Below, one piece after another: positions 40,405 to 51,298 of a stretch of DNA of 64,000 nucleotides. The translations under genes were made by a program, and so were the position numbers. The notes under the pieces were generated by a model. That model was not told the DNA's origin and did no database searches. It saw nothing but the letters and a program-made list of their open reading frames with translations. The stretch comes from Octopus vulgaris (taxonomy: Eukaryota). The stretch lies in assembly GCA_951406725.2 (NCBI GenBank), contig OX597822.1, positions 58,838,001 through 58,902,000 on the forward strand. Direction: 5' to 3'. Position 1 is the first letter of the stretch, and every line of letters begins with the position of its first letter.

Positions 40405-41697
40405 CGAGGGGCGTTCAATAAGTAATGCCCCTGACCCACTTGCAGTTGTTTGATCTAGCTGAAATTTTGCATGTGCAATTATTTATATCTCTATAGATTA
40501 AGTGGCAAATTACAGCTCTGAACTAATTGTGGTTTCTGATTTACAGGTGTTTGAACTGAGTCAAGTGTGAAATGGAGCCTGTTGAGTGTCGAGCAGTGAT
40601 CCGGTTTTTGTATTTGAAAGGACGCACACCACGGGAGACTTTTGATGAAATGAAAGTAACTTATGATGATGATGCTCCATCATATGACCTTGTAAAACGC
40701 TGGCATCGTGAATTCAAACATGGTCGGAACTCTGTGGAAACAGCTCCCAGATCTGGTCACCCCCCTTCTGCCATTGATGAAGCATCTGTCCGTCAAGTTG
40801 ATGCTGCCATTTTGGAAGATCGACGCATAACTATTCGCCAAATAGCCCATGAGGTCAAGATTAGTACCGGGTCTGTGGAAACTAGCATTCATGACCATTT
40901 GCATATGCAAAAGGTGTCTGCCAGATGGATTCCCTGATTGCTCACACCTTTCCAGAAGTAAGAACGCGTCGAGTGCTCGAGGATGAATTTAGAGATGTGC
41001 CAAGAAGATGAGTCAAAATTTTTCAAAAGACTGATTACACAGGATGAAACCTGGGTCCATCACTATGATCCAGAGACCAAAGCCCAGTCAATGCAGTGGA
41101 AGCACCGTGACTCACCTCCTCCAAAGAAGGCAAGGGTGCAGCCCTCCGCTGGCAAGGTCATGCTCACAGTCTTCTGGGACCAGGACGGAGTAGTGATGAC
41201 AGATTTCCTGGCAAAGGGTACCACAATTACAGGAGCCTATTATGCTTCACTTTTGAGGAAATTAAGAGAAGCTATCAAAATCAAGAGGCGGGGCAAGATC
41301 AGCAAAGGCATCCTCCTCCTGCAGGACAATGCTCCGGTCCACAACTTGCGTATCGCCAGATCAGAAGCACAGGCGTGCGGCTATGAACTCCTACCCCATT
41401 CCCCTTACCCTCTTGACCTTGCACCCTCTGATTTTCACCTCTTCCCAGCCATGAAGTTGTTTTTGAAAGGAAAGCGTTTCCCAGATGATGCAGCCTTGAT
41501 TTCTGAAGTCACGTCGTTGTTGGAGGACCAAGCTGGGGTCTTCTACAAAAACGGTCTCCAGAGCTGCATCAAACAATGGGAGAAATGCGTAACTCTGGGT
41601 GGTTTCTATGTAGAAAAAGACTAATAACTGTGCCAAGTTTCGTTGCTCTACTACTATGGGAAGTGGGTCAGGGGCATTACTTATTGAACGCCCCTCG
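40405..41697 (+). mobile_element. Full-length mariner transposon (1293 bp, 37-bp perfect TIRs, TA target duplication)
   Basis: TIR CGAGGGGCGTTCAATAAGTAATGCCCCTGACCCACTT at both ends, with TA at 40403-40404 and 41698-41699. The empty site gggTAtattggg is seen in copy 1 of the host element. Confidence 0.97.
40572..41624 (+). pseudogene. Mariner DD34D transposase, 350 codons in one frame with two premature stops
   Basis: WIP*(TGA)LLTPFQK*(TAA), TQDETW, LQDNAPVH and PYPLDLAPSDFHLF, with 34 residues between the last two Asp. Confidence 0.95.
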
Positions 41698-42395
41698 TAT
41701 ATTGGGCTTCGTCACTTTGATGGCATGCACTGCTCTCTCACTCAATAATAATAATAATGATATTGCAATTATCTCTTGACTAGACAGAGTCAATGCTTGA
41801 AGAGATGAGGAGAGAGGGGGAGAGAAAGGCAGAAAGAGAGAACCAGTATAGATAATGGAGTTCCCTTTTTATATATATATTTGATATTTATTAGAATGAC
41901 TGAAGGATGATGTGTAGAGTCCCAGCCTAGTAAGGTTATAATACAAAACAGTATGGCATATGAATAACGAAGTATTTGCCTGACAGGCTTACTACCAGTA
42001 ATGCCCTCTCCACTAACCTACAATTATTAAAGCCACAATTATGACAGAAATATCAACCCCTTCCACTTTTGTCAATAATCTCAATAATTATCAACCATAA
42101 CACAGATACTAATTTTCAGTTTATTGATTTTTTTTAATGCTATAATTTAGGCCAACAAGGTTTGGGCATAATCAAATAATATATCAGGACTATATTGTAT
42201 TTATTTCTATACTTTAAACTATTCAATACAATCATACAGTTGTCAATGTTTAAACAAATACACACAAACACACAAATAGATAGATAGATAGATAGAGATA
42301 GACAGACAGATAGATAGATATAGACAGACAGACAGATAAATAGATAGGTACATAGATAGAGAGATAGATATTCAAATAGATGAATAGATAGATAG

Positions 42396-42456
<61 letters not shown>

Positions 42457-43002
42457 TATCCATATATATTTCAGAGGTGTACTTGTTTGGCAAGTGATTA
42501 CATCTGAGACAAATGTGTTGAAACTATAACAATAACAGTATGGAAGGCACATATTAGCTATTCAAAAACACACAAATACTGTTAACTTTGTTCATATGTG
42601 TGTGTGTGTGTGTGTGGAATGCATCTTTAGAGATACACTCAATTGGTTATAGCTAAACAGCAAGGTTACTGAAATAACTGGTTTTAAAATGTGTTCACCA
42701 TTGTCAGGCTCGACTTGACCTGCCTGTTCTGGCAAAAGACCAGAACTTATAGCTACCTACAGAGAAAACATTGTTTAAAACACAAGAAAGTAAGCTAATT
42801 TGCATATTGGCAAATTTATCAAACTTTTGTAATTCTTCCCCTACACATTACACAGTATGAATAATAATATATTGAAATATTCATTTTTAACAGCTAAGGT
42901 AGAAGACACTTGCCCAAGATGCCACGCAGTGGGACTGAACTCAGAACCATATAGTTGGGAAGCATACTTCTTACCACTCAGCTTTGCCTGCACCTATAAT
43001 TG

Positions 43003-43063
43003 TTCCCATACCAAGAATTGAACCCCGGTCTACCTGGGTGAAAGCTAGGAATCCTAACCACTA
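43003..43063 (-). pseudogene. tRNA-Glu(TTC) pseudogene, 5'-truncated
   Basis: The reverse strand TAGTGGTTAGGATTCCTAGCTTTCACCCAGGTAGACCGGGGTTCAATTCTTGGTATGGGAA closely follows metazoan tRNA-Glu-TTC. The 5' acceptor strand is missing and the T arm is mutated. Confidence 0.75.
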
Positions 43064-43064
43064 C

Positions 43065-43590
43065 ATCATCATCATTTAACATCTGTTATCTGTTTTGGCA
43101 TGGGTTGGATGGTTTCTATGGCTGGATGCCCTTCCTAACACCAATATCTGCCACAACTACGATTTCACTTGGCTTGATGGGTCTTCTCAAGTACAGCATA
43201 TTGTCAAAGATCTTGATCATTTGTCATTACCTCTGTGAGGCCCAACACTCGAATGGTACTTTTTACATGCCACCAGCACAGGTGCATTTATTTTCCATGC
43301 TGGCATGGGTTAGATGGTTTGCTTGGGACTGGTAAGCTAGAGAGCTGTACCAGGATCCAATCTGATCTGGCAATGTTTCTACAGCTGGATGCCCTTCCTA
43401 AAACCAACCACTCCAAGAGTGTAGTGAGTGCTTTTAGGTGTCACTAGCACTGGCTAAAACTACGATTTCACTTGGCTTGACAGGTCTTCTCAAACACAGC
43501 AAATTACCTACATGAGACCTAATGTCCAAAGATCATGCTTCGCCATCTCATACCATGTCTTCCTGGGTCTACCTATTCCACAGGTTCCCT
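43065..43590 (-). mobile_element. RTE LINE 3' fragments
   Basis: Two copies of the RTE 3' UTR motif (ggctggatgcccttcc), with a (GAT)n tail. Confidence 0.7.
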
Positions 43591-44537
43591 CCACAGTAGC
43601 GATAAAAATACTGAGTTGATTTCATCTCAATCGAAGGAGAGGGGCTTTTTCCGTCCGGGTTGCGGATCCGTGTATATAAGCTGCCGGACGAGATAGTGAA
43701 GATGCCGACGACCGCTCGGTTAAAATTCTCTCTTGACCACAAATGGCCTGAACTCTTTGCATGAACACCCTCCCTGTACATAACTCCATGTTCCCCTACG
43801 TGGCCTTGCTTTTTGCTTTTTGAGCCAAAAATTTAACTTAACTTAACTTAACTAAGCCATTGAAAGTGGTGCTCCATTATGGCCAGAGTCCAATAGCTGA
43901 ACCCACTAAAATAATACAAGTAGCAATAGAGTATTAAACTAGGCAGTATATTGGGTCTACAACCCATTATTGCATTAAAGACAAAGAAACCTTTTCCATC
44001 TGTATAACTGCTATTTAAAGATCATTGTTACTGCCTAAGTACATTTGGCCACACAGCTGTGACAAGTTTGATTCAACACCTTCTCTGACTAAACTCAGCA
44101 ATACAAATTAATGAACTACATTGCTGTTCATGTTCAGAACAGTATACAATGCTACTTTTGTTAAAATGTCTTGCTCATGAAGGCAGTACAGCACTGGTGA
44201 GGAGACAAACTGCTAATCTTAGACTGGTTGTCTGTTAACCTATTGACTCAAGTCATCAATCACCCCGTGGCCTACATAGGAATATTGATTAAAATCAAAA
44301 CAACTGTCAACATTAAAAAAAAAAGCTTATAATAATTCAAAGATATACAGGAAATCCAGAGCTGCCCACCAATTTAAAGGACTCAGGAATTCCTAGAGAT
44401 AACTAGTAAAATTTAAAAAATAAAGTAATAATTTTGAACATAATTTGAAATTTAATGTCATGTCTATTAAGGACTTCAACAAAAATTTACACATTTTGAA
44501 CTAAAGAAAAAATCAGCATTAATTAAAGAAAGAAGTA

Positions 44538-44841
44538 CGGTGGAACCTCAGTTTCCAAATCCCTCTCATCATGCAGAAATCGGTTTATGAACAATTTTTT
44601 TAACATAAAACCTCTTGGGTGCCAAACAGTGTTTCCAGTAAAGATCATGCAGCCAGCAACAAAGGTTGGCACAAACTGAGGCTATCAGTAGGAGAAAGTG
44701 TTAGTTCTGTCTAGTTTTTGCTCAATGCACATCCCTGCTTGAATTTGCCATGCCTTCTCTAGAATTTCCTATGGGAAAAACAATTTCGGTTTATGAACAG
44801 CCTTCAGGAATAAATTACATTTGTAAACTGAAGTTCCACTA
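44538..44841. mobile_element. Tigger/pogo-type MITE
   Basis: Imperfect TIRs CGGTGGAACCTCAGTTTCCAAAT and TAGTGGAACTTCAGTTTACAAAT, with TA on both sides. Confidence 0.7.
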
Positions 44842-45122
44842 TATAGTGTTTAGCTAAATGCAATACCTATGTAACTCCTAAGGACCAAAAAAAGATCTTT
44901 GCTACTAACACCAAGTGTAGGTTAATAAACCCTGCAAAAAGTAAGCCAGGAAAGTCAACAAACACACAACGGTTAAAATTAGAAATATCACTGTTGCCCT
45001 GAATAGCCCAACACTGTGTGGGCTATTCAGTGTGGGAATTTGATAGATGGAAACTGTAGAAAGTTTGTTGAGTGCATCAATACGTATGTGTGTGTGTATG
45101 TGTATACATGCATGTGTGTATG

Positions 45123-46015
45123 CAGGGCTACCCCCAAAAAACAGGAATTTTGCGATATTATTTTATTCACTTAGTTTTACATGCTTAAACTTTTATTGCC
45201 TTAAAAGTATTCTCCATTTGCAAAAAATACATTGGTCCAGGTGCATTTTCCACTAATTGAAGCAGTGCTGGTATTCTTGCAAAGTGATGTCTTTTAATGC
45301 CTCCATTGTTTTTTTTTTTCACCTCTTCCACATCTGCAAATTCCATAGCACCAGCTTTCATCAACAGTGATGACCTTAAAAAAAAAATGGTCCAGATCAA
45401 CTTCCAGCTGTTCTTTCAGTTCATGATACACATTGAGTCGTGACTGCATTTGATCTTCTGTGAGCAAGCAGGCACAAATTTTGCTGCAACACTTTTCATT
45501 CACAATTCCTCACTCAAAATTCATTGGCAGGAGCTCCAGGACACCAGTCATATCAACGAGTTTGTCAATTGTTTGGCGATGGTCCTTCAAGATCAGGTCA
45601 TGACTTTTCATGATGTTTTCATTTGTTCAAGAGGTTGATGGTTGTCCTGAACAAGGTTGGTCTTCAAATGACAAGTGATTATTCCTAAAGCATGGAAACC
45701 ACTCATAAACTTGTGTTCTGCTCATGGCAGTGTCCTCGTACACTGTTTGAAGCATGGCAACAGTTTTGACCAGTTTTCCCCAGCTGAAAACAGAATTTCA
45801 CAGAAGCATGCTGTTCCTTTCATTTTAGCCATCACAAAAATTGATGAACAAGAGAGAAGCACTGCAAAACAAAGACATCACGTGGCAGTATGACTCCACA
45901 TGCCACCAGCAGTCGGCAAACTGATGCCTGAGGGTCACATCAAGTGGCAGAAGCCTGAACTACAACAGGCTTGTCTCCCAGAGAATGTTTCCGGTTATTT
46001 TTGGGTACCCCCTTG
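45123..46015 (-). mobile_element. Internally deleted, decayed mariner
   Basis: Imperfect TIRs (cagggctacccccaaaaaacaggaa and caagggggtacccaaaaataaccggaa), with KVITVDESWCYG on the minus strand. Confidence 0.75.
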
Positions 46016-46025
46016 TATGTGTGTG

Positions 46026-46056
<31 letters not shown>

Positions 46057-46690
46057 GTGCGTGTGTGTGTATGTTTATGTGTGTAAGTCAGGTCACTCTT
46101 AGGGCTACTGATAACATGTAACGCAGTACAACCTGTCACATGGTGTTGGGCCATCAGAGACTAAACCAGCAACCCTACCAAGCCTGCTTAGTAAGGAGCG
46201 TGGCTTCCATTGAACAATCGGCAGGTTGAAAAAGAAAAACTGTCAAAGGGTAAATTAATTCAGTACAGTAAATGGTTATACAAGTGAGAGACTGTTAAAC
46301 TTTGTTCAGACATCTCTCTAGGAGAAGGAAAACTGCCATTTCATTTGCATCCAATGATACAGACTAGTTCTTCTTTTGGGGGCAAATACATACATTGTTT
46401 GGAGAATGGGACTGGCCCTGTATAAGATATGTCCTCACTTTAAAAAGTTTCCACCATAGGTATTGCTTGATTTTTATCGTCTGTTATGTGTTTTGTATTA
46501 TGGCCGGCCATAGTCAAAAAGGCTAAACATTAAATGAAAATTTGCATGATGAAATGAAGGCATGTATAAGCATGGGTTGTAAGCTGTCTGAACACTTGCT
46601 ACAAAAGGTGTGCATTGTTACCACATCTGTGCAAAGGACTGTTGGTCCCTAGCAAGATTGAAAAGCCTTATTCATGCTGCTTATGTTTAA

Positions 46691-46910
46691 CCTTTTCGTT
46701 ACGTATTTATTTTGAGATGCTCTGTGTTTCTTTCAATTATTTTAAATATAACGAAGAATTTAGTAAAATAACTTAGTTATCATTAAACTAGTATTAGGAA
46801 TATAAATTGCGACTAAGGTTTGGTGGTATATTTTGATGCAAAACTTATGAAAAAAAGACATTTGTACTACAGAGCCAGAGCTGGTTTTGGCTGGGTTGAT
46901 AACGAAAGGG
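46691..46910. mobile_element. piggyBac-type MITE
   Basis: TTAA on both flanks, with TIRs CCTTTTCGTTA and CCCTTTCGTTA. Confidence 0.8.
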
Positions 46911-47550
46911 TTAAGGGAATGAATAAGCAGTGACATTGTTCAAAATTGAATTGCAGCCATCATGGATGTGTGTATGTGTGTTGTGTGTGCATGCTTGTAA
47001 TTATGTATGAATGGTGACATCCCACAGCTTAACTGTAAAACAGTGATATTACGTCTGGCTACACAATATTTTTGAAAACCTGTGGAATAAGAAATTCCCA
47101 TAGTTGCAAAACAAGCAAGGATCAGCAACAGGAAAAGTATTTAGCTGTAAAATCCTGCTTCAGATAACTTGCTGTTCATCCCAGGCTAGCATGGAAAAAC
47201 ACATAAAATGATGAGAGGAAAAGGACATCAAAATCAAGGCAGAACGAGTATCTCAAGTCATTAATAATAATTTAATTAATAATATAATTGGTCATCAGTT
47301 AGGGATCCATATTTGGCTTCTGTGTTAGCAGGTACACATTAGAGGAAAGGGACATCAAAACCAAGGCAGAACGAGTATCTCAAGTCATTAATAATAATTT
47401 AATTAATAATATAATTGGTCATCTGTTAGGGATCCATATTTGGCTTCTGTGTTAACAGGTACACATTACAGGAAAGGGACATCAAAACCAAGGCAGAACA
47501 AGTATCTCAAGTCATTAATAATAATTTAATTAGGGTAAGGTTAATTTGAA

Positions 47551-47626
47551 GTCTTACAGATGTTTCTGGGATATTCTAAATGACAGGCTATCATGTCTGT
47601 ACACTGGGTATTCCATCATCAGAGAC
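47551..47626 (-). ncRNA. Type I hammerhead ribozyme (left arm)
   Basis: GTCT-CTGATGA-tggaata...tatccca-GAAA-CATCT-GTA-AGAC. Confidence 0.7.
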
Positions 47627-48289
47627 AAAGTGAATAAGTATGAAAAGTTCTAGACAGGGAAATTCATAGTTTATAAGGAATAAAATAGAAGAATAAAGAG
47701 TAAAAGTAGATATAAGAATACGGACAGGATAATATAAGTTCACATTTCATCTTTTCTCAGAGGGTTTGGAGGTTGGTCCATACTTCCGTGAAGATATAGG
47801 TCCTGATGCTTAACCTCAGGTAAATCCAGGCAGAATTTTGAATGATGCATTCATGTTGAAGTGGTTAGCTAGTTTACAAATGGTCTGTGTGGGTATATAG
47901 AGTGAGAAAGACAGACATCAGATAGACAGGAGTGGGTTGTGAGTGAGTGGATAGATGAAAGAGGAGAAAAAAGATTTTACTTTACTGTCAATCTCATTCA
48001 ATCATTCTTGCACCTATCCTATTTCTGTCTTTCCTCTCTTTCTCCTCTCTAACCACTTCAACCTGAATGCATCATTCAAAATTCTGCCTGGATTTACCTG
48101 GGATTAAACATAAGGACCTATATCTTCACAGAAGTACAGACCAACCTCCATACCCTCAGGGAAAAGATGCAATATGAACTTATATTATCCTGTCTGTATT
48201 CTTATATCTACTTTTACTCTTTATTCTTCTATTTTATTCCTTATAAACTGTGAATTTCTCTGTCTAGAACTTTCATACATACTCACTTT

Positions 48290-48365
48290 GTCTCTGATGA
48301 CGGAATACCCAGGGTACAGACATGATAGCCTATCACTTAAGATATCCCAGAAACAGCTGTAAGAC
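48290..48365 (+). ncRNA. Type I hammerhead ribozyme (right arm)
   Basis: GTCT-CTGATGA-cggaata...tatccca-GAAA-CAGCT-GTA-AGAC, with palindromic stem III ACAGCTGT. The first stem II pair is a C-A mismatch. Confidence 0.7.
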
Positions 48366-48583
48366 TTCAAACTAACCTTATCCTGATTAAATTATTATGA
48401 CTTGAGATACTTGTTCTGCCTTGGTATTGATGTCCTTTTCCTCTGTGTACCTGCTAACACAGAAGCCAAATATGGCTCCCTAACAGATGACCAATTATAG
48501 CACCTACTCAGCGTACCTATTCGTTTAGATCACCAGTGAACTAAACCCCTCATATTATATATATATATATAATGATAAATAAA

Positions 48584-48827
48584 TGTGCCCTTTTAAAGCC
48601 TAGCCAGGCTCATGGGCCCGGTTTCCTGGTTTCTATGGCGTATGTATTCCCCAGCTGGACAGGATGACAGTCCATCGCAGCATTACTCATTTTTGCCAGC
48701 TGAGTGGACTGGAGCAACGTGAAATGAAGTGTTTTGCTCAAGAACACGAGTCGCCTGGTCCAGGAATCGAAGCCACAATCTTACGATCATGATGCTGACA
48801 CCCTAACCACTAAGCCACGCACCTCCA
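48584..48827 (-). mobile_element. SINE family C copy
   Basis: Colinear with 20401-20647. Confidence 0.85.
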
Positions 48828-48844
48828 CCACTGAGGAAATGACT

Positions 48845-49430
48845 AGAGACCGAGACCTTTCGAAGTATGCTGTGCGTGAGAAGACCCAGCAGGACAAGTG
48901 AGACCATAACCCATGGCCTCAGTCCACTTATGCATATCTTTCCTTCTTGGGACACAAAACCCAACTTGTGAAGACCTGTTGAGGCAAGTGAAAATCAAAA
49001 AATCAAAATCGATCAACATGAATGGAAATTGTAGCTGTGATACCAGTGCCAGTGGCACATAAGAGAACCATCCGAACGTAGCCGTTGCCAGCGCCGCCCC
49101 GACTGGCTTCCATGCTGGTGGCATGTAAAAAGCACCATCCGATCGTGGCCGTTGCCAACCTCGCCTGGCCTCCGTGCTGGTGGCACGTAAAAAGCACCAT
49201 CCGACCGTGGCCATTTGCCAGCCTCGTCTGGCATCTGTGCCGGTGGCACGTAAAAAGCACCCACTACACTCATAGAGTGGTTGGCGTTAGGAAGGGCATC
49301 CAGCCATAGAAACATTGCCAGATCAGACTGGGCCTGGTGCAGCCTTCTGGCTTCCCAGACCCCAGTTGCACCGTCCAACCCATGCCAGCATGGAAAGCGG
49401 ATGCTAAACGATGATGATGATGATGATGAT
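48845..49430 (+). mobile_element. RTE LINE 3' end with internal ~60-bp tandem repeats and (GAT)n tail
   Basis: Three tggca(c/t)gtaaaaagcacc units, ending catgccagcatggaaagcgg...aaac(GAT)n. Confidence 0.8.
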
Positions 49431-49638
49431 ATATATATATATATATCACTAAATTGTTTCTCCATTTTCTTGTTTGCATGGTAAAATATTTCTTTACCTT
49501 CACCCGTTTAATACAATAAGTTAATTGCATTGCAATTAAAAACATTTATGTATTAAGAATTTGGGTACTATACCAACAGTATATTGGATAAATACCATCC
49601 CTTAGCGAGTTGGATTCATAACCCCTAACTTACTTGGT

Positions 49639-49678
<40 letters not shown>

Positions 49679-50042
49679 GAGAGAGAGAGAGATACATATA
49701 TACACAAATCAGACAAAACACAAAATGTACTTGCGCATTTCATATAAAATCTAGATATTTCAGCGTTCTTTTGCAAACAAACGAACAACAACTCTCCCCT
49801 CTCTCATATACATTACTAATGGAAAGTAATAAATAACACTAATCAGTGAATCAAATGGTTTTATGTATCAAATTGAGAAATACAGGCATTATTTTCCACT
49901 GACATTTTGTAAAATGTCACTCAATAGCTATGCTTCAAATGAATCATTCTCATTGCACGTATATACAAAACTGCTACTGCTACGTCTAGTATAATGAGCT
50001 GAGTAATAATGCAAAATTTCTGCTGTTACTTTGTCTATCACA

Positions 50043-50280
50043 TCTATTATATAAAATCTGTTCTGTCTATCTGTGTGTGTGTCTTCTAGGATCTCGGGCA
50101 TCCTCCATCCGATTGCGCTCAAATTTGATGAGTAGATACCGACAGTATCTACACCGATAAAGTCGTGGGAATGGGCATTTGTATGCGCAAGTACATCAGC
50201 TGTTGTGATCGATACTATGCGTATGCGAGAAAAATGCATGCGCAGTTTGCACAAAAAAAGCTGGCTGGCTTGAAATAATG
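50043..50280 (+). mobile_element. Non-autonomous Helitron-like 5' end
   Basis: A|TCTATTATATAAAA start followed by a CTGT-rich stretch and CCGATTGCGCTCAAATTTG. The 3' CTAG end was not identified. Confidence 0.5.
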
Positions 50281-50696
50281 CCACAAAATGCAGTATATTT
50301 AAGAGACCAAAAAAGTAAGATGCAAGAGAGATATTTTCTTCAAATATGGCATGAAGGAAGGAAAGACTATTTGGTTTCTCAAGAATTTTTTTTTTTTGCC
50401 TTAACTTTGTTTAACAAAACCAAAAATTTTATTGAAATAAAGGCATGCTTAATTATTTGTTAACGAAAAGAAAACACTGATTGCTTTTTATTCAGCAGAT
50501 ATGATTCAGCACTGTCCACTGGATGGAGCAGGGAAGGGCGTTTTGCTTGTATGTATATATGCATGTGTGTGCAAGCATGTTACTTTAGCCTTGCTTTGAT
50601 ATTGTGATAGCTACAAATGAGTGTCACCATCTTGCAGAGTGGTGTTCTTTGTTTCCAATCTTCTCTGATAAAGATGTCTAGTCTGGGAGAAATATT

Positions 50697-51298
50697 GGTT
50701 TCAAATTTTGGCACAAGGCCAGTAATTTCGGGGGGTGGGGGGTTAGTTAGTGACATTGACCCCAGTGTTCAACTGGTACTTACTTGATTGACTCTGAAGG
50801 GATGAAGAGCAAGGTTGACCTGGTGGAATTTGAACTCAGAATATGAAAACAGATGAAATGCTACAAAGCATTTTGCCTGGCATACTCTCTTTTACTTGTT
50901 TCAGTCATTTGACTGCGGCCATGCTGGAGCATCGCCTTTAGTCGAGCAAATCGACCCCAGGACTTATTCTTTGGAAGCCTAGTACTTATTCTATTGGTCT
51001 CTTTTGCTGAACCGCTAAGTTACAGGGACGTAAACACACCACCATCGGTTGTCAAGCGATGTTGGGGGGACAAACACAAACACACACATATATATACATA
51101 TATACGATGGGCTTCTTTCAGTTTCCGTCTACCAAATCCACTCACAAGGCTTTGGTCGGCCTGAGGCTATAGTAGAAGATACTTTCCCAAGGTGCCACAC
51201 AATGGGAATGAACCCAGAACCATGTGGTTGGTAAGCAAGCTACTTACCACACAGCCACTCCAGTGCCTATGCTAACAATTCTGGCAGCTCGCCACCTT
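50697..51298 (-). mobile_element. SINE A (about 50886-51268) nested inside SINE B
   Basis: SINE B breaks at ...gcctggcat and resumes at gctaacaattctggcagctcgcc after a complete SINE A. Confidence 0.8.

Larger units (their letters stand above)
39912..41743. mobile_element. ~555-bp (AAT)n-embedded element, copy 3, split by a mariner insertion
   Basis: The element runs 39912-40404, resumes at 41698 and ends ...ctcactc(AAT)n. Confidence 0.85.
47215..48553. mobile_element. Penelope-like inverted pLTR pair (~460-bp arms) with ~126-bp tandem repeats at the left end
   Basis: 47410-47868 is the near reverse complement of 48049-48500, and each arm carries a hammerhead. Confidence 0.85.

Noticed and set aside
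40572-41624. Domesticated SETMAR-like gene or two separate genes
   Set aside because: It is one frame with two stops inside intact TIRs and a TA duplication, with no SET domain.
43003-43063. Functional tRNA-Glu gene
   Set aside because: The 5' acceptor strand is replaced by an RTE (GAT)n tail and the T arm is mismatched, so it is kept as a pseudogene.
44999-45030. 12-bp perfect hairpin CTGAATAGCCCA/TGGGCTATTCAG as terminator or ncRNA
   Set aside because: It is short, lies in SINE debris and has no U tract; intrinsic terminators do not apply here.
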